A DNA stretch of 64,000 nt from a virus (lineage: Duplodnaviria > Heunggongvirae > Uroviricota > Caudoviricetes): the IMG/VR virus record IMGVR_UViG_3300027375_000001. One strand, written 5' to 3'. The translations under genes and the position numbers were made by a program. Shown in pieces: positions 22,748-31,845 of this stretch (its first letter is position 1; each line of letters starts with the position of its first letter). The notes under the pieces are model-generated. The model searched no databases and was not told where the DNA came from. It worked only from the letters and a program-made list of their open reading frames with translations.

Positions 22748-24955
22748 TTATTCGATTTCCATAATTTCTTCGTCAACTGAAAGTTCTTCCACTGTCTTCC
22801 ACCCATCCTTGGTCAGGAATCTATGATCTTTAGTCGCTTTGATAATATCACCATTTTCAAGCTCAATATCAAATACTTCGCTAGTGCCATTGTAATAAAT
22901 TCTATTCGTCTCAACCGGCCCGTCTTTTGTTTCGAGTGTAATAGTTTTATCAGACTCATGCCAGCCTTTCATATCATGCATTTCAATATTCTTCCACGAA
23001 AACCCAAGTTGTTCGCAAATTTCATGGAAGTTCATAGGTTTGCCATCAACAAAGACTTTGGTATCCCATTTTAGGCACTTTTCGCACGGCATCTGTGAGG
23101 AGACCGTCATGTTTCTCATGCCGTCACGACGAATATTTGACATCAGGGCATCCCAGTCCATTGAAGGCTTTCTGGTAATAAATTCATCCACATCCTTCTT
23201 GTATAGATCAAGCTTGGAATATCCTTGAGCGTATTTGGATTTAGACCAGTCAGGCGCTGGTCCCTTTTCTTTGGCAAGCAACCAAGATGCCTCCATTAGG
23301 TAATATTGCTGGCGTTCCATGAACTCATCGATAGCATTAGGTGCTTCTGGTGAATCATGATTCAAGCCTTGTGTCGCTAACCATCCTGCTAGATTAGTAA
23401 TGCCAATACCAAGCGATCTTTTATTCTTAGTGAATCTTTCGGCAGCAGGTGCAAAGTATAATTGGCGATCTACCATATCATCTAGCATGCGTACGGCCTG
23501 ATGGCATACCTCACGGTGTTCATTTGCCGATCTGATATTGAGCATATTGACCGCCGCAAGCAAACACGTACCAATTTCACCATTAGGATCATCTAGGGAT
23601 TGACATGGTTTCGTTGGTTGTAGGATTTCTACACAAAGATTCGTCATGTTGACACGCTCAGTCCATGGAGAAAAATCATTAGCAAGATCGATATTAAGAA
23701 TATAAATTCTGTTCGTTTCGATTCTTTCTTTGATCAAAGAATCAAAGATATCATCTGCAGGAATAGACTTTTTAAATTTAATCTCTGGGTTTGCTTCTGC
23801 CTTGAGATAAAGCTCGTCAAATTCAGGCATACCAAACGAATCAAATAATTCAGGAACCTCATGATTCGAGAATAGAGTAATGTTTCCGCCTTCATTCCAG
23901 CGTTCATAGAAGATTTTAGAAATACCAATTACATAGTCAAGATGTCTTACACGATTATATTCGGTACCACCAACATTTCGCAATTGGAGAATAGATTCAA
24001 TCTCCCAATGGAAAATAGGTGCATTGGCTGTACCGGCACCACGTCTAGCACCACCTTGTTGCTGAGACTTGATCGCATCTTGGAACACTTTGAGATATGG
24101 AATAACCCCACCATGAATAGTCTCGCCATTCTTAACAGGAGACCCAACACCACGAATCTTGCCGAAATCTAATCCAATGCCATATCCATAACTGGTAGCC
24201 CTCGCCATAATATGCGCAGACGAAAAGATCGAGTCTGCCGTATCATCGACTTGAATCAAGCAACAAGATGCACCTGTCTTAACGGGGGTTCTCCATCTTG
24301 TAAGCATTGGTGTTGGTATATTCAAACGACGCTCAGATACATCGTCATAGAATTGGCGGATATATTGAATCCGTTTCTTGGATTCATAATTTGCATAGTG
24401 AGACATACCAATACACATGAACGCAAATTGAGGAGTCTCATATACTTTATGATTGACTCGATCTTGAACTAAGCCAGTGCGCACGAGATGCTTCATGCCA
24501 GCAAAATCGAACATAGTCTCGTCTCTTTCGTGGTCAATATAACTGCCAATCTTATTGATCTCTTCTTCACTGAACTTGTTAATTAGCTCATCTGTATAGA
24601 CTCCGAGGTCTACACATTTCTTGATGTGGTCATATAGTCTTGGTGGTGTATTACCACCCCACACTTCTTTACGAAGGCCATATACCAAAAGCCGTGCGGC
24701 TACAATTGAATAATTTGGATTTTCTAAAGAAATAAGATCTTCTGCTGACTTAACCAATGAGTCTTGAATTTCCGCTGAGGTGATGCCATCGTAGAAGTTA
24801 ATCTTGGCATTCATAAGAATATCAATTGCTGATGCTCCTGCTACGCCTTTTGTTGCATGGTAGACCATTCTATTGGCCTTTTCTGCATCGAAAATTTCTG
24901 TATCTCCTGTCCGTTTTTTGACTAAAATGTCTTTCATGTAATGTTTATCGAGCAT
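22748..24955 (-). CDS. nrdA: NrdA N-terminal fragment: ATP-cone plus catalytic region plus split-intein N-half
   Basis: ATP-cone (VKKRTGDTEIFD). The RNR alpha core runs up to ...RNMTVSSQMPCEK, matching E. coli RNSTLSALMPSET. Then come intein block A (CLKWDTKVFVDGKPMNFHEI) and block B (IKATKDHRFLTKDG) before the stop. Confidence 0.8.
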   Translation of the reverse strand: MLDKHYMKDILVKKRTGDTEIFDAEKANRMVYHATKGVAGASAIDILMNAKINFYDGITSAEIQDSLVKSAEDLISLENPNYSIVAARLLVYGLRKEVWGGNTPPRLYDHIKKCVDLGVYTDELINKFSEEEINKIGSYIDHERDETMFDFAGMKHLVRTGLVQDRVNHKVYETPQFAFMCIGMSHYANYESKKRIQYIRQFYDDVSERRLNIPTPMLTRWRTPVKTGASCCLIQVDDTADSIFSSAHIMARATSYGYGIGLDFGKIRGVGSPVKNGETIHGGVIPYLKVFQDAIKSQQQGGARRGAGTANAPIFHWEIESILQLRNVGGTEYNRVRHLDYVIGISKIFYERWNEGGNITLFSNHEVPELFDSFGMPEFDELYLKAEANPEIKFKKSIPADDIFDSLIKERIETNRIYILNIDLANDFSPWTERVNMTNLCVEILQPTKPCQSLDDPNGEIGTCLLAAVNMLNIRSANEHREVCHQAVRMLDDMVDRQLYFAPAAERFTKNKRSLGIGITNLAGWLATQGLNHDSPEAPNAIDEFMERQQYYLMEASWLLAKEKGPAPDWSKSKYAQGYSKLDLYKKDVDEFITRKPSMDWDALMSNIRRDGMRNMTVSSQMPCEKCLKWDTKVFVDGKPMNFHEICEQLGFSWKNIEMHDMKGWHESDKTITLETKDGPVETNRIYYNGTSEVFDIELENGDIIKATKDHRFLTKDGWKTVEELSVDEEIMEIE

Positions 24956-25018
24956 ACGTTTTAGTATTTAGATTCTTATAATGGCTGAATCTATACTATT
25001 CGTTTATTTATTTTTATA

Positions 25019-25285
25019 TTAATCTTCGTCTTCAATATCGACCGAAATCGTCTCATCTTCGAGAATGATTTCCTGGATTTTATCAAACAGGATCATCTCT
25101 GCTTTTTCGCTGTCGATGGGATTATCCGTCATAGATACCACAGTCTTAATCAGGTATGCGATGGCAACTGCACACTCTTCGATAGTTGTGTCTTTGCAAA
25201 TTTTGACATCAAATGCTTCGTCGTCGCCAGACAATTGAACGAGAAATAATACATTTGAATCATTCGATGATTTCTTTACACTCAT
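25019..25285 (-). CDS. hypothetical acidic protein
   Basis: 88-aa ORF with a highly acidic C-terminus. Confidence 0.3.
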   Translation of the reverse strand: MSVKKSSNDSNVLFLVQLSGDDEAFDVKICKDTTIEECAVAIAYLIKTVVSMTDNPIDSEKAEMILFDKIQEIILEDETISVDIEDED

Positions 25286-25333
25286 ATCGATAATATGATA
25301 TTGTGTGTATGCAAAATCAAGAAATGTATTGAA

Positions 25334-25696
25334 TTAAAATGGCATTACATCGACATCTTTTTTTGCCGCGTACTGATCTATTAGAGCTCGTTCTGCTTGT
25401 GCGTCTGCACTTATCTTGTAAATAATCTGGACTGCATTTTGAACCTCTTTTAGCATATAGTCATTGATTATATTAAGTTCAATGTTTGTAACGTCTTCAC
25501 TCTCCTCGTTATCCAAAAGACCAGAATCAATTAATCCTTGTGCCCACGACTTTGCCAGGGCGTCGGCGATTTCTGGTATGTCTTTGGTACTAAACATAGA
25601 CAGATATTTTTTGAAGAGATAGAAAACAAGATAATTTGTTATATCCTCTCTAAATATTGACTTAATGTCTGAATCAAATTGGAAATCATCATTCAT
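25334..25696 (-). CDS. hypothetical protein
   Basis: 120-aa ORF with a start/stop overlap with the exonuclease gene. Confidence 0.3.
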   Translation of the reverse strand: MNDDFQFDSDIKSIFREDITNYLVFYLFKKYLSMFSTKDIPEIADALAKSWAQGLIDSGLLDNEESEDVTNIELNIINDYMLKEVQNAVQIIYKISADAQAERALIDQYAAKKDVDVMPF

Positions 25697-26232
25697 GGCA
25701 GTTTGAGATTCAAATGATTCAAGACGGCCAAAAGATGAGTCGCTTCATAAACCGCGTCAAAGAGTGCGTGGTGCAGTGGATGTTTTTCTGATCTTTCTTT
25801 TCGGAATTTGTTGTCAGGATCAAATTGAAGAATGGTTCTTACACATCTCTCTTTATTATATGGCCACGGTGATCTTTTGCCACAAAGCTTAAAGCTATCT
25901 TCGAGAATCGAGCAATCAAATGAAGGGCCGTGTCCCCAGATATAACTATTTGGCACTTTTCGAAACCACTCCTCGAATTTGGTAGTTGCGATGTCTAGTG
26001 TGACTGGATCAACAAGCAGCGCTTTTTGTATATTTTCTGGTTGTTTTTTCCACCAGTTCATTGTATTCACTTCAGTAGTAGCCCCTTTCTGAACCGAATC
26101 CAAAGGATCGACATTGGTATAGAATGTATCATACATTCCATTGCTATCAAATCTAACAGCACCTATAGAAATAATCGCTGCGTTGTGTTGTGTTGATAGC
26201 GTTTCGAGGTCTACTAAAACGTGATTTCTCAT
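25693..26232 (-). CDS. DEDDh-family 3'-5' exonuclease
   Basis: Exo I (VLVDLETL), Exo II (GHGPSFDCSIL) and Exo III (HHALFDAVYEA) motifs. Confidence 0.6.
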   Translation of the reverse strand: MRNHVLVDLETLSTQHNAAIISIGAVRFDSNGMYDTFYTNVDPLDSVQKGATTEVNTMNWWKKQPENIQKALLVDPVTLDIATTKFEEWFRKVPNSYIWGHGPSFDCSILEDSFKLCGKRSPWPYNKERCVRTILQFDPDNKFRKERSEKHPLHHALFDAVYEATHLLAVLNHLNLKLP

Positions 26233-26240
26233 TTATATAT

Positions 26241-26471
26241 CTAGGTTTGTTGATCTTTATTATCAACGAAGCGATCATATTTTTCAACAATAGATTTTTT
26301 AATTTCCTCACCATCTGCATTAACTGGCACCTTTGCCAATTTTCCCATAACAACTTCTGCAATAGAATGCTGGAGGTGATAATGAACGGGCTTGTTGTTA
26401 TTGATAATTGCCAAAAGTAGGCAATGCTCGTCATCGGATAATTGCCTGATAAAATCAGTATGAAATGTCAT
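26241..26471 (-). CDS. hypothetical protein
   Basis: 76-aa ORF. Confidence 0.25.
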   Translation of the reverse strand: MTFHTDFIRQLSDDEHCLLLAIINNNKPVHYHLQHSIAEVVMGKLAKVPVNADGEEIKKSIVEKYDRFVDNKDQQT

Positions 26472-26672
26472 ATATTCTATTTGATTGGTTGTTTTTTAAT
26501 TCTGTTTCAAAGTGATGTAATTTATTAAGGACGTTATCTTTGAATCTTGACATTGCTGCTGCAAAAGCTATAATAATGATGGCAACTAAACCATACCCTA
26601 GAAAGTCGTAATAACCAAATGAAAATGAGGACATATAAAATTATTTACAACAAGATGGAAGTCCTTTTGTTC

Positions 26673-26936
26673 TTATTTGGTGTAGTTTCGTCTCTCTATC
26701 AATCTGTATCTTTTGTCTGAATGCCACACCTCTCCTTCTGTCTGAACTTCGTAGATTCCTTCTGTGGTTGGGATCTGAGTGCCTTTGATCGGTGTCAGAA
26801 TCGATGGTTGGTAAATTTTAAGAGGTGTTACCGATGGCATGCTTTCCTGCTGCGAGTGTTTACACGCCAGTAGTTGTATTGCCAGTGCTATTAGGATTAT
26901 CTTTGTTTTCATTCTTTTTTGGCGTAAAGTATTCAC
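26673..26936 (-). CDS. small lipoprotein
   Basis: Signal peptide with lipobox (IILIALAIQLLAC). Confidence 0.3.
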   Translation of the reverse strand: MNTLRQKRMKTKIILIALAIQLLACKHSQQESMPSVTPLKIYQPSILTPIKGTQIPTTEGIYEVQTEGEVWHSDKRYRLIERRNYTK

Positions 26937-27159
26937 TCATATCTGTCATGAACCTTTGCTCCGATAGGAGATAGGAATATATTAAATCTGCCATATCCGA
27001 TGAGTCGGTTGTTTTTTGACCCCGAAGCATTTCGATTTGATCGGCATATTCTTTTTGCTTCTCTCTAGATTTAGAATGGATTTCATAGTAATAATACTTG
27101 CCCTTCCATTCTAAAAATAGAATAGTCGCATCCAGAAGTCTTTTGATGATCTCTATCAC
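26860..27159 (-). CDS. hypothetical protein
   Basis: 99-aa ORF. It partially overlaps the neighbouring lipoprotein ORF, and one of the two may be mis-started. Confidence 0.2.
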   Translation of the reverse strand: MIEIIKRLLDATILFLEWKGKYYYYEIHSKSREKQKEYADQIEMLRGQKTTDSSDMADLIYSYLLSEQRFMTDMSEYFTPKKNENKDNPNSTGNTTTGV

Positions 27160-27377
27160 TTTTCTTTACCAGTTTCTTTGGCGTGTAGAATGTTAAGTGC
27201 AAGAAAATCAATTACTTTGTATATTTTGGCAAGACCAGTTCCTTCTTTTGGTGTTGGAATGATGGCAGCAAGCGCAGAAGCAAATGTCACCAATGCCGAA
27301 AATACTTGGAAATATTGATTGTTGATTAGCGGTTTAAGTAGTTCTTCCATGAATCTACTTACCTGTAGCATGTGCAT
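27156..27377 (-). CDS. small membrane protein
   Basis: 73-aa ORF with a hydrophobic segment (VFSALVTFASALAAIIP). Confidence 0.3.
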   Translation of the reverse strand: MHMLQVSRFMEELLKPLINNQYFQVFSALVTFASALAAIIPTPKEGTGLAKIYKVIDFLALNILHAKETGKEK

Positions 27378-28257
27378 TTTCGCTAATATTCATCAAAAGT
27401 GCAGTTTGCAGGATTGATGTTCTAATTGGTGTCAAAGATATACCATGATCGAGAGCGCATTGACTATCTAACGCACAATTTGCTCTTGGAATTGGGTCCA
27501 TCTTTTTATATTCTTCCAATGTCATATATTGCTTTTTGGGAATTTTATCTCCCATAGCAGAAGTCAATATGTCTATAATTTGTTTCGTTGTGATGTAACC
27601 CGGTTGTGTTAAATTGAATGTTTTACGGCTCGTTTGCAAGCTGAATGTCTTGTAAGCTGCACGCACGAACTCGTATAAATCAGTATAAGAATTCGTTGTA
27701 TTGATTAATTTTTTAAAGAGGATGAATTTGCTGATAACGTTTTTTGGATGCGGTACTGAATTAAATGGGAGCCTCATTCTCCATATCAGCGCATCTGTAT
27801 TTTTGAGCAATTTTTCACCAAGAGCCTTTGTTCCACTATACCAAGACGAGTTAGCATCATCAAAACAAAAGTTAGGTTCGTCTCTTTCGTTGTATAATTT
27901 CGTAGGTGATTCACCGATATCACACCGAGGATCGCTGTATATGCATCCCGTAGAAACATGCCCGAATTTGACATTGAGACTATCACATATTTCAGCTATT
28001 CTTAGAGGCATGAATGCATTAGCTTCGATGCATTCTGTTTTTGCATCAGGCAATTCACAAGCAGCGATGTTTGGAGATCCAGTGTACGCTGCGCAGTTAA
28101 TCACTCTTTCTATGCCATTTTCAAGAAGATATTTTCTAAACTCTTCTTTGACTATAGGATGTCTGGCTGAATAGGTTTTGAGCTCTGGGGTTAAATCACT
28201 CAAATAACGGGCAAAAGCACTTCCAACATAACCATTAGAACCCAACAACAACGTCAT
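27355..28257 (-). CDS. NAD(P)-dependent sugar epimerase/reductase of the extended SDR family (RmlD-like)
   Basis: Rossmann GxxGxxG (GSNGYVGSAF) at the N-terminus and a catalytic YxxxK (YSGTKALGEK). Size (300 aa) fits dTDP-4-dehydrorhamnose reductase-type enzymes. Confidence 0.55.
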   Translation of the reverse strand: MTLLLGSNGYVGSAFARYLSDLTPELKTYSARHPIVKEEFRKYLLENGIERVINCAAYTGSPNIAACELPDAKTECIEANAFMPLRIAEICDSLNVKFGHVSTGCIYSDPRCDIGESPTKLYNERDEPNFCFDDANSSWYSGTKALGEKLLKNTDALIWRMRLPFNSVPHPKNVISKFILFKKLINTTNSYTDLYEFVRAAYKTFSLQTSRKTFNLTQPGYITTKQIIDILTSAMGDKIPKKQYMTLEEYKKMDPIPRANCALDSQCALDHGISLTPIRTSILQTALLMNISENAHATGK

Positions 28258-28408
28258 GGTTTGACGCTGCCTCCTGGTTCATTCATGTCTTTTTTATTTT
28301 TTGAAGACCAATTAATCAAATCCCAGCCGTTGCTAAACTTTTTAGGATTTTCTCCTTTACGTCGCTTTGGTCCTTTGCCTGCTTGAAATTTGCTCATATG
28401 TTATATTA

Positions 28409-28738
28409 CTAACGTCTCAAAATGAAATCAATGATTAATTGGGGCTTTTCGAAGAATTTTTTGAAAATCAAAATCACTCCTTCAATTACCTCGGGGCTTA
28501 CAACCCCAACTATGCCGTAAATTAATGCTTTAGTAAAGCTACTGAAATCTGATTGCTCGAGTATGAACCATGAAATGCTACTTGAAATTCCAGCGGCAAG
28601 GATTTTTCTCACATAAGAACCGATGCTATACTTTGCATTGCTGTGTAAGATTCTAGCCAGCATACCACCGGCTCCTATGAGAGAAACAATCCAACCGCCT
28701 TCGGCGAATCGATCAACAATAGTTTTTTCTGTATCCAT
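28409..28738 (-). CDS. membrane protein
   Basis: 109-aa ORF with two to three predicted TM segments. Confidence 0.3.
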   Translation of the reverse strand: MDTEKTIVDRFAEGGWIVSLIGAGGMLARILHSNAKYSIGSYVRKILAAGISSSISWFILEQSDFSSFTKALIYGIVGVVSPEVIEGVILIFKKFFEKPQLIIDFILRR

Positions 28739-28788
28739 TTTATTATCAATACTTATTTAAGGTATTGATAACTATTTGGCTCGCCATA

Positions 28789-29805
28789 TCAATTATCGTA
28801 AATATTGATCACATTGTGCAGGAGTTGTGGTCCGTTGATGAACATTTCGCCAGCAACCTTATTAAGACCCAACGCGGTATTGGTGCCAATTTCATCTCGG
28901 TGATGGCTCGAGAGAGCCGTAGCCAAATTGAAGACATCGTAGTTATTGACTTTCGTATAAACCAAACGCTGTTGCTTTGCTGGCATTTCGCTAAGATCGA
29001 TACCACGATTCTTATGTTCGATGATAGTATCGAGATACCAATCAGGCATCAGGACATCTTGTTGGTCTGTAGTCAATACATCAGCAACTGCTTCCATTTC
29101 GTAGAATGATGCACGATGGTTCTTCATCTTTTCTACCCGCGGGGCAATCAAAGAAGATGCATTGTTTTCTTTGATGAAGTTAAGGAACTGACGCCCAACA
29201 TTCTTTGTTTTATGGGCTTGGCGGTAAACAAGATTCTCACGAGTTGTCATCCCATTCGTGCACAGCAAACGGAGGAAATAATTTGAATATTTCTGTGATA
29301 CGAGACCGATCTGAGTAGTCACACCAAATTTCCAAAGATCACCATCACCACAATTGATTTCATCAGATCCAGTAGTGTCAATGAAGAAGGTTGCATTCTC
29401 TGGACTGAAATAGGCACGGCTAATGCTATTTTCAGAGGCGATGATGCTATTCACCAAATCATCAATACGATCATCGTAGTCTAGCTGGGTCGCTTCAGAT
29501 GGTCCGTCTTTGATCACACAGGTAATATTCTCTTTCTTGTCCGCAATATAACCAAACCGCTTGTTGCGATCGATGGTCTGCAGAGCCTCTTGCAACGGCT
29601 TCCAATTTTGATCTGGTTCCTTGAGCACACCATTAGTAAGGCGAGCTCGAAGGCCAATCACATCCATGAGATCGTTGAACTGTGTCGTATTGATCTTATT
29701 GTCGTGGATGTAAACGCCATCTTTGCTGCAATTAAGATCTGCCGCACTGAATGGCCGAACGTTGTAGGATTTGATTTCTGATTTGAGGTCGTCGATGATT
29801 TGCAT
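28789..29805 (-). CDS. hypothetical protein
   Basis: 338-aa ORF with no recognisable motif. Confidence 0.3.
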   Translation of the reverse strand: MQIIDDLKSEIKSYNVRPFSAADLNCSKDGVYIHDNKINTTQFNDLMDVIGLRARLTNGVLKEPDQNWKPLQEALQTIDRNKRFGYIADKKENITCVIKDGPSEATQLDYDDRIDDLVNSIIASENSISRAYFSPENATFFIDTTGSDEINCGDGDLWKFGVTTQIGLVSQKYSNYFLRLLCTNGMTTRENLVYRQAHKTKNVGRQFLNFIKENNASSLIAPRVEKMKNHRASFYEMEAVADVLTTDQQDVLMPDWYLDTIIEHKNRGIDLSEMPAKQQRLVYTKVNNYDVFNLATALSSHHRDEIGTNTALGLNKVAGEMFINGPQLLHNVINIYDN

Positions 29806-29840
29806 GTTTTAATATCGCCGCTGGCGTGTACGCAATCAAC

Positions 29841-30422
29841 TCAATTCTCAATCAGCACATACGTAAATGTTTCTTTTGCAAAGTCTTGTCCATATAAGCG
29901 GATCGCTTCTGTTTTGGCCGCATTATAGAACGCAGTCCATTGGCTAGGTGGAAATGTTTGACATCCTTCGGATGACGTTCCATTAATACCTCCCCTATGA
30001 ATGTTGATTCCAAACCATCCAGTGTCCAATACACCACCATCTCTTTTAACTGTTACCTCACCCCTGCGTTGGCAGATCGCTGGATGTGGTCTACTTCCAT
30101 TGTGTGTATCAAAGGCATATACAGGCCACACCCCTGGTTGCAGCACAGCAATCCCTTTACGTGTGCGTGTTTGCTTGCGATAGACTGATGGGTCAGTATT
30201 TGCGTTGTATGAAGCAAATACATTAGGAGAAATGATGAAAATAGCATCATCATAGATTCCTCGATCGTTTGATAATGGATTACCCATAGTCTTCTTATAG
30301 TAACCTCGAACTCCGCAAAACCACAGATTATCTCCTGGTTTGAAGTCTGGATACTTTGCAGCTACTTGGCTTAGTAGCTCTTCCTTCGTGATTTGAGGTC
30401 TGCTTGCTGGTATAAATGGCAT
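29841..30422 (-). CDS. putative cell-wall enzyme, L,D-transpeptidase (YkuD)-like
   Basis: H(x13)SxGC arrangement (IHRGGINGTSSEGCQT) resembles the LD-transpeptidase catalytic His/Cys motif. This is a weak call. Confidence 0.3.
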   Translation of the reverse strand: MPFIPASRPQITKEELLSQVAAKYPDFKPGDNLWFCGVRGYYKKTMGNPLSNDRGIYDDAIFIISPNVFASYNANTDPSVYRKQTRTRKGIAVLQPGVWPVYAFDTHNGSRPHPAICQRRGEVTVKRDGGVLDTGWFGINIHRGGINGTSSEGCQTFPPSQWTAFYNAAKTEAIRLYGQDFAKETFTYVLIEN

Positions 30423-30472
30423 GTAAAATACTTATGCCACAAATAGAAGGATATAAGTGTATGAAGTAAAAT

Positions 30473-30550
30473 GGTGGCTATAACAGGACTCGAACCTGCA
30501 AAACTTGCATCCTCAATGCAATACGTTTACCAATTACGTCATATAGCCAT
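30473..30550 (-). tRNA. class I (short variable arm) tRNA with anticodon GAG (leucine codons CUC/CUU); CCA encoded
   Basis: Hand-folded cloverleaf: ggctata/tatagcc acceptor, D arm acgt-aattggtaa-acgt, anticodon arm ttgca-UUGAGGA-tgcaa, T arm gcagg-ttcgagt-cctgt, A73. Confidence 0.5.
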
Positions 30551-30555
30551 GAAAT

Positions 30556-30636
30556 GGTAGGAGCGACAGGATTCGAACCTGTGATGATTGCCAGTGTGTA
30601 AAACTGGTGCGTTCGGCCGCTACGCTAACACTCCCA
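30556..30636 (-). tRNA. tRNA-Val(UAC)
   Basis: Anticodon arm ccagt-UUUACAC-actgg, T arm acagg-ttcgaat-cctgt, CCA encoded. Acceptor and D pairing are slightly irregular, so the ends are +/-2 nt. Confidence 0.5.
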
Positions 30637-30644
30637 TAAAAAGT

Positions 30645-30718
30645 ACCCGCAGAGGGATTCGAACCCCCAACCTCTTGATCCTAAGTCAAGTGCCTCTACC
30701 GATTGGGCTATGCGGGCA
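30645..30718 (-). tRNA. class I tRNA with anticodon UAG (leucine codons CUA/CUG); no encoded CCA
   Basis: gcccgca/tgcgggt acceptor (G1.U72), anticodon arm cttga-CUUAGGA-tcaag (G37), T arm ggggg-ttcgaat-ccctc, 5-nt variable loop, A73. Confidence 0.5.
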
Positions 30719-30868
30719 TATGTAAATTGTCGAGACCTGATCCATCGTGTGCACTCGAACACACCTCCCGCACCGATTAACTGCGGTGTTCAACCTATAA
30801 ACTTCGAAATGGGGGTCTCAGTTAGTCTTTAGTATCTTTCGAACGATACCATTAACTATTCGCGAATT

Positions 30869-30946
30869 GGTTCCCTGGGATGGAATTGCACCATCTTCGT
30901 TCGCTTCACAGGCGAAGACATTAACTAAATATGCTACACAGGGCAT
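30869..30946 (-). tRNA. tRNA-His(GUG)-like, possibly degenerate
   Basis: Good T arm (gatgg-tgcaatt-ccatc), ...ccagggaACCA 3' end, and anticodon arm ttcgc-CUGUGAA-gcgaa. The 5' acceptor strand pairs poorly (5 of 7). Confidence 0.3.
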
Positions 30947-31023
30947 GGTAGCCACGATGGGACTCGAACCCATAGAAAACAGTTTTTGAGACCGTCACGT
31001 TTACCAATTACATCACGTGGCTA
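30947..31023 (-). tRNA. class I tRNA with anticodon CAA (leucine codon UUG); CCA encoded
   Basis: Perfect 7-bp acceptor agccacg/cgtggct, D arm atgt-aattggtaa-acgt, anticodon arm acggt-CUCAAAA-actgt, T arm atggg-ttcgagt-cccat, A73. Anticodon arm and T-loop closely resemble tRNA-Trp. Confidence 0.55.
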
Positions 31024-31033
31024 TATGGAAAAT

Positions 31034-31108
31034 GGTACCCAGTAGAGGAATCGAACCTCTATTCGCGGTTTAGAAGACCGCTGTCCTATCCGTTGAACGA
31101 ACTGGGCA
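31034..31108 (-). tRNA. tRNA-Arg(UCU)
   Basis: Anticodon arm gcggt-CUUCUAA-accgc, T arm gaggt-tcgattc..., CCA encoded. Confidence 0.6.
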
Positions 31109-31111
31109 TAT

Positions 31112-31186
31112 GGTGGGCAGTAGAGGAATCGAACCCCTGTCTCAACGTCCGTAGCGTTGCGTACTATCCGTTATACGAACCACCCA
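31112..31186 (-). tRNA. tRNA-Arg(ACG)
   Basis: Anticodon arm caacg-CUACGGA-cgttg, T arm agggg-ttcgatt-cctct, CCA encoded. Confidence 0.6.
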
Positions 31187-31257
31187 AATTAACGAGGCCG
31201 TCTCTCCGGCTGTCACGCACTTTACCAGGTGGCGTTCGCCTATTCAGATCAGTATAA

Positions 31258-31746
31258 TCAGAACTTAAACCCAACACCTGCTCGAATTGCAACGACGCCA
31301 TCCTTGGCATCATTCTCTACAAGGAAATTGTAGGTTGCATCTGCAAACAGATTGAGGGTATTAGTAAGACTATAACTTAGACCGCCACCGGTTCGTACGG
31401 TCCATTGATCTGTATCGAATTCATAAGCACCGCCCGCCAAGCCATATACAGAAAGCTTCTCTCCTACGGGGACGTAATAGAGAAGATTACCACCTACGGT
31501 ATAAAGGTCATCTGCTACACCAACAGTAAGTTCTGCTTTCAGATCGCCTACAACTGGAGCTTCAAGACTCAAACCTCCACCGACTGTTTCATCACCATTG
31601 TCAAGGACCACAGTTGTGAATGCCTTTGAAACCCATCCTGTGGATCCAACTTCTGGTGTAGCAGGGGTTGGAGGTGTTACAGGAGAGCCTGCAAATGCCA
31701 TTTGTGTTGCGAGTGCCATTACTAGTGATAGTAGTTTTGTTTTCAT
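31258..31746 (-). CDS. outer-membrane beta-barrel protein (OmpA/OmpW-like small porin fold)
   Basis: Cleavable signal peptide (MKTKLLSLVMALATQMAFA), alternating hydrophobic beta-strand pattern, Gly/Tyr-rich, and a C-terminal ...GVGFKF ending in Phe typical of OMPs. Confidence 0.5.
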   Translation of the reverse strand: MKTKLLSLVMALATQMAFAGSPVTPPTPATPEVGSTGWVSKAFTTVVLDNGDETVGGGLSLEAPVVGDLKAELTVGVADDLYTVGGNLLYYVPVGEKLSVYGLAGGAYEFDTDQWTVRTGGGLSYSLTNTLNLFADATYNFLVENDAKDGVVAIRAGVGFKF

Positions 31747-31845
31747 AATTTGATTTTGTTGAAGATGTTATCTTCGTTTATATTATACTTTGTGGTGTGT
31801 GTTAAATCAACATCTTATTGTTTGTTTTTTAAAAATCAAAAGAAA

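Noticed and set aside
28253-28396. 47-aa basic minus-strand ORF (MSKFQAGKGPKRRKGENPKKF...) upstream of the RmlD-like gene
   Set aside because: It is plausible (the stop overlaps the downstream ATG) but too short and has no recognisable motif. Not annotated.
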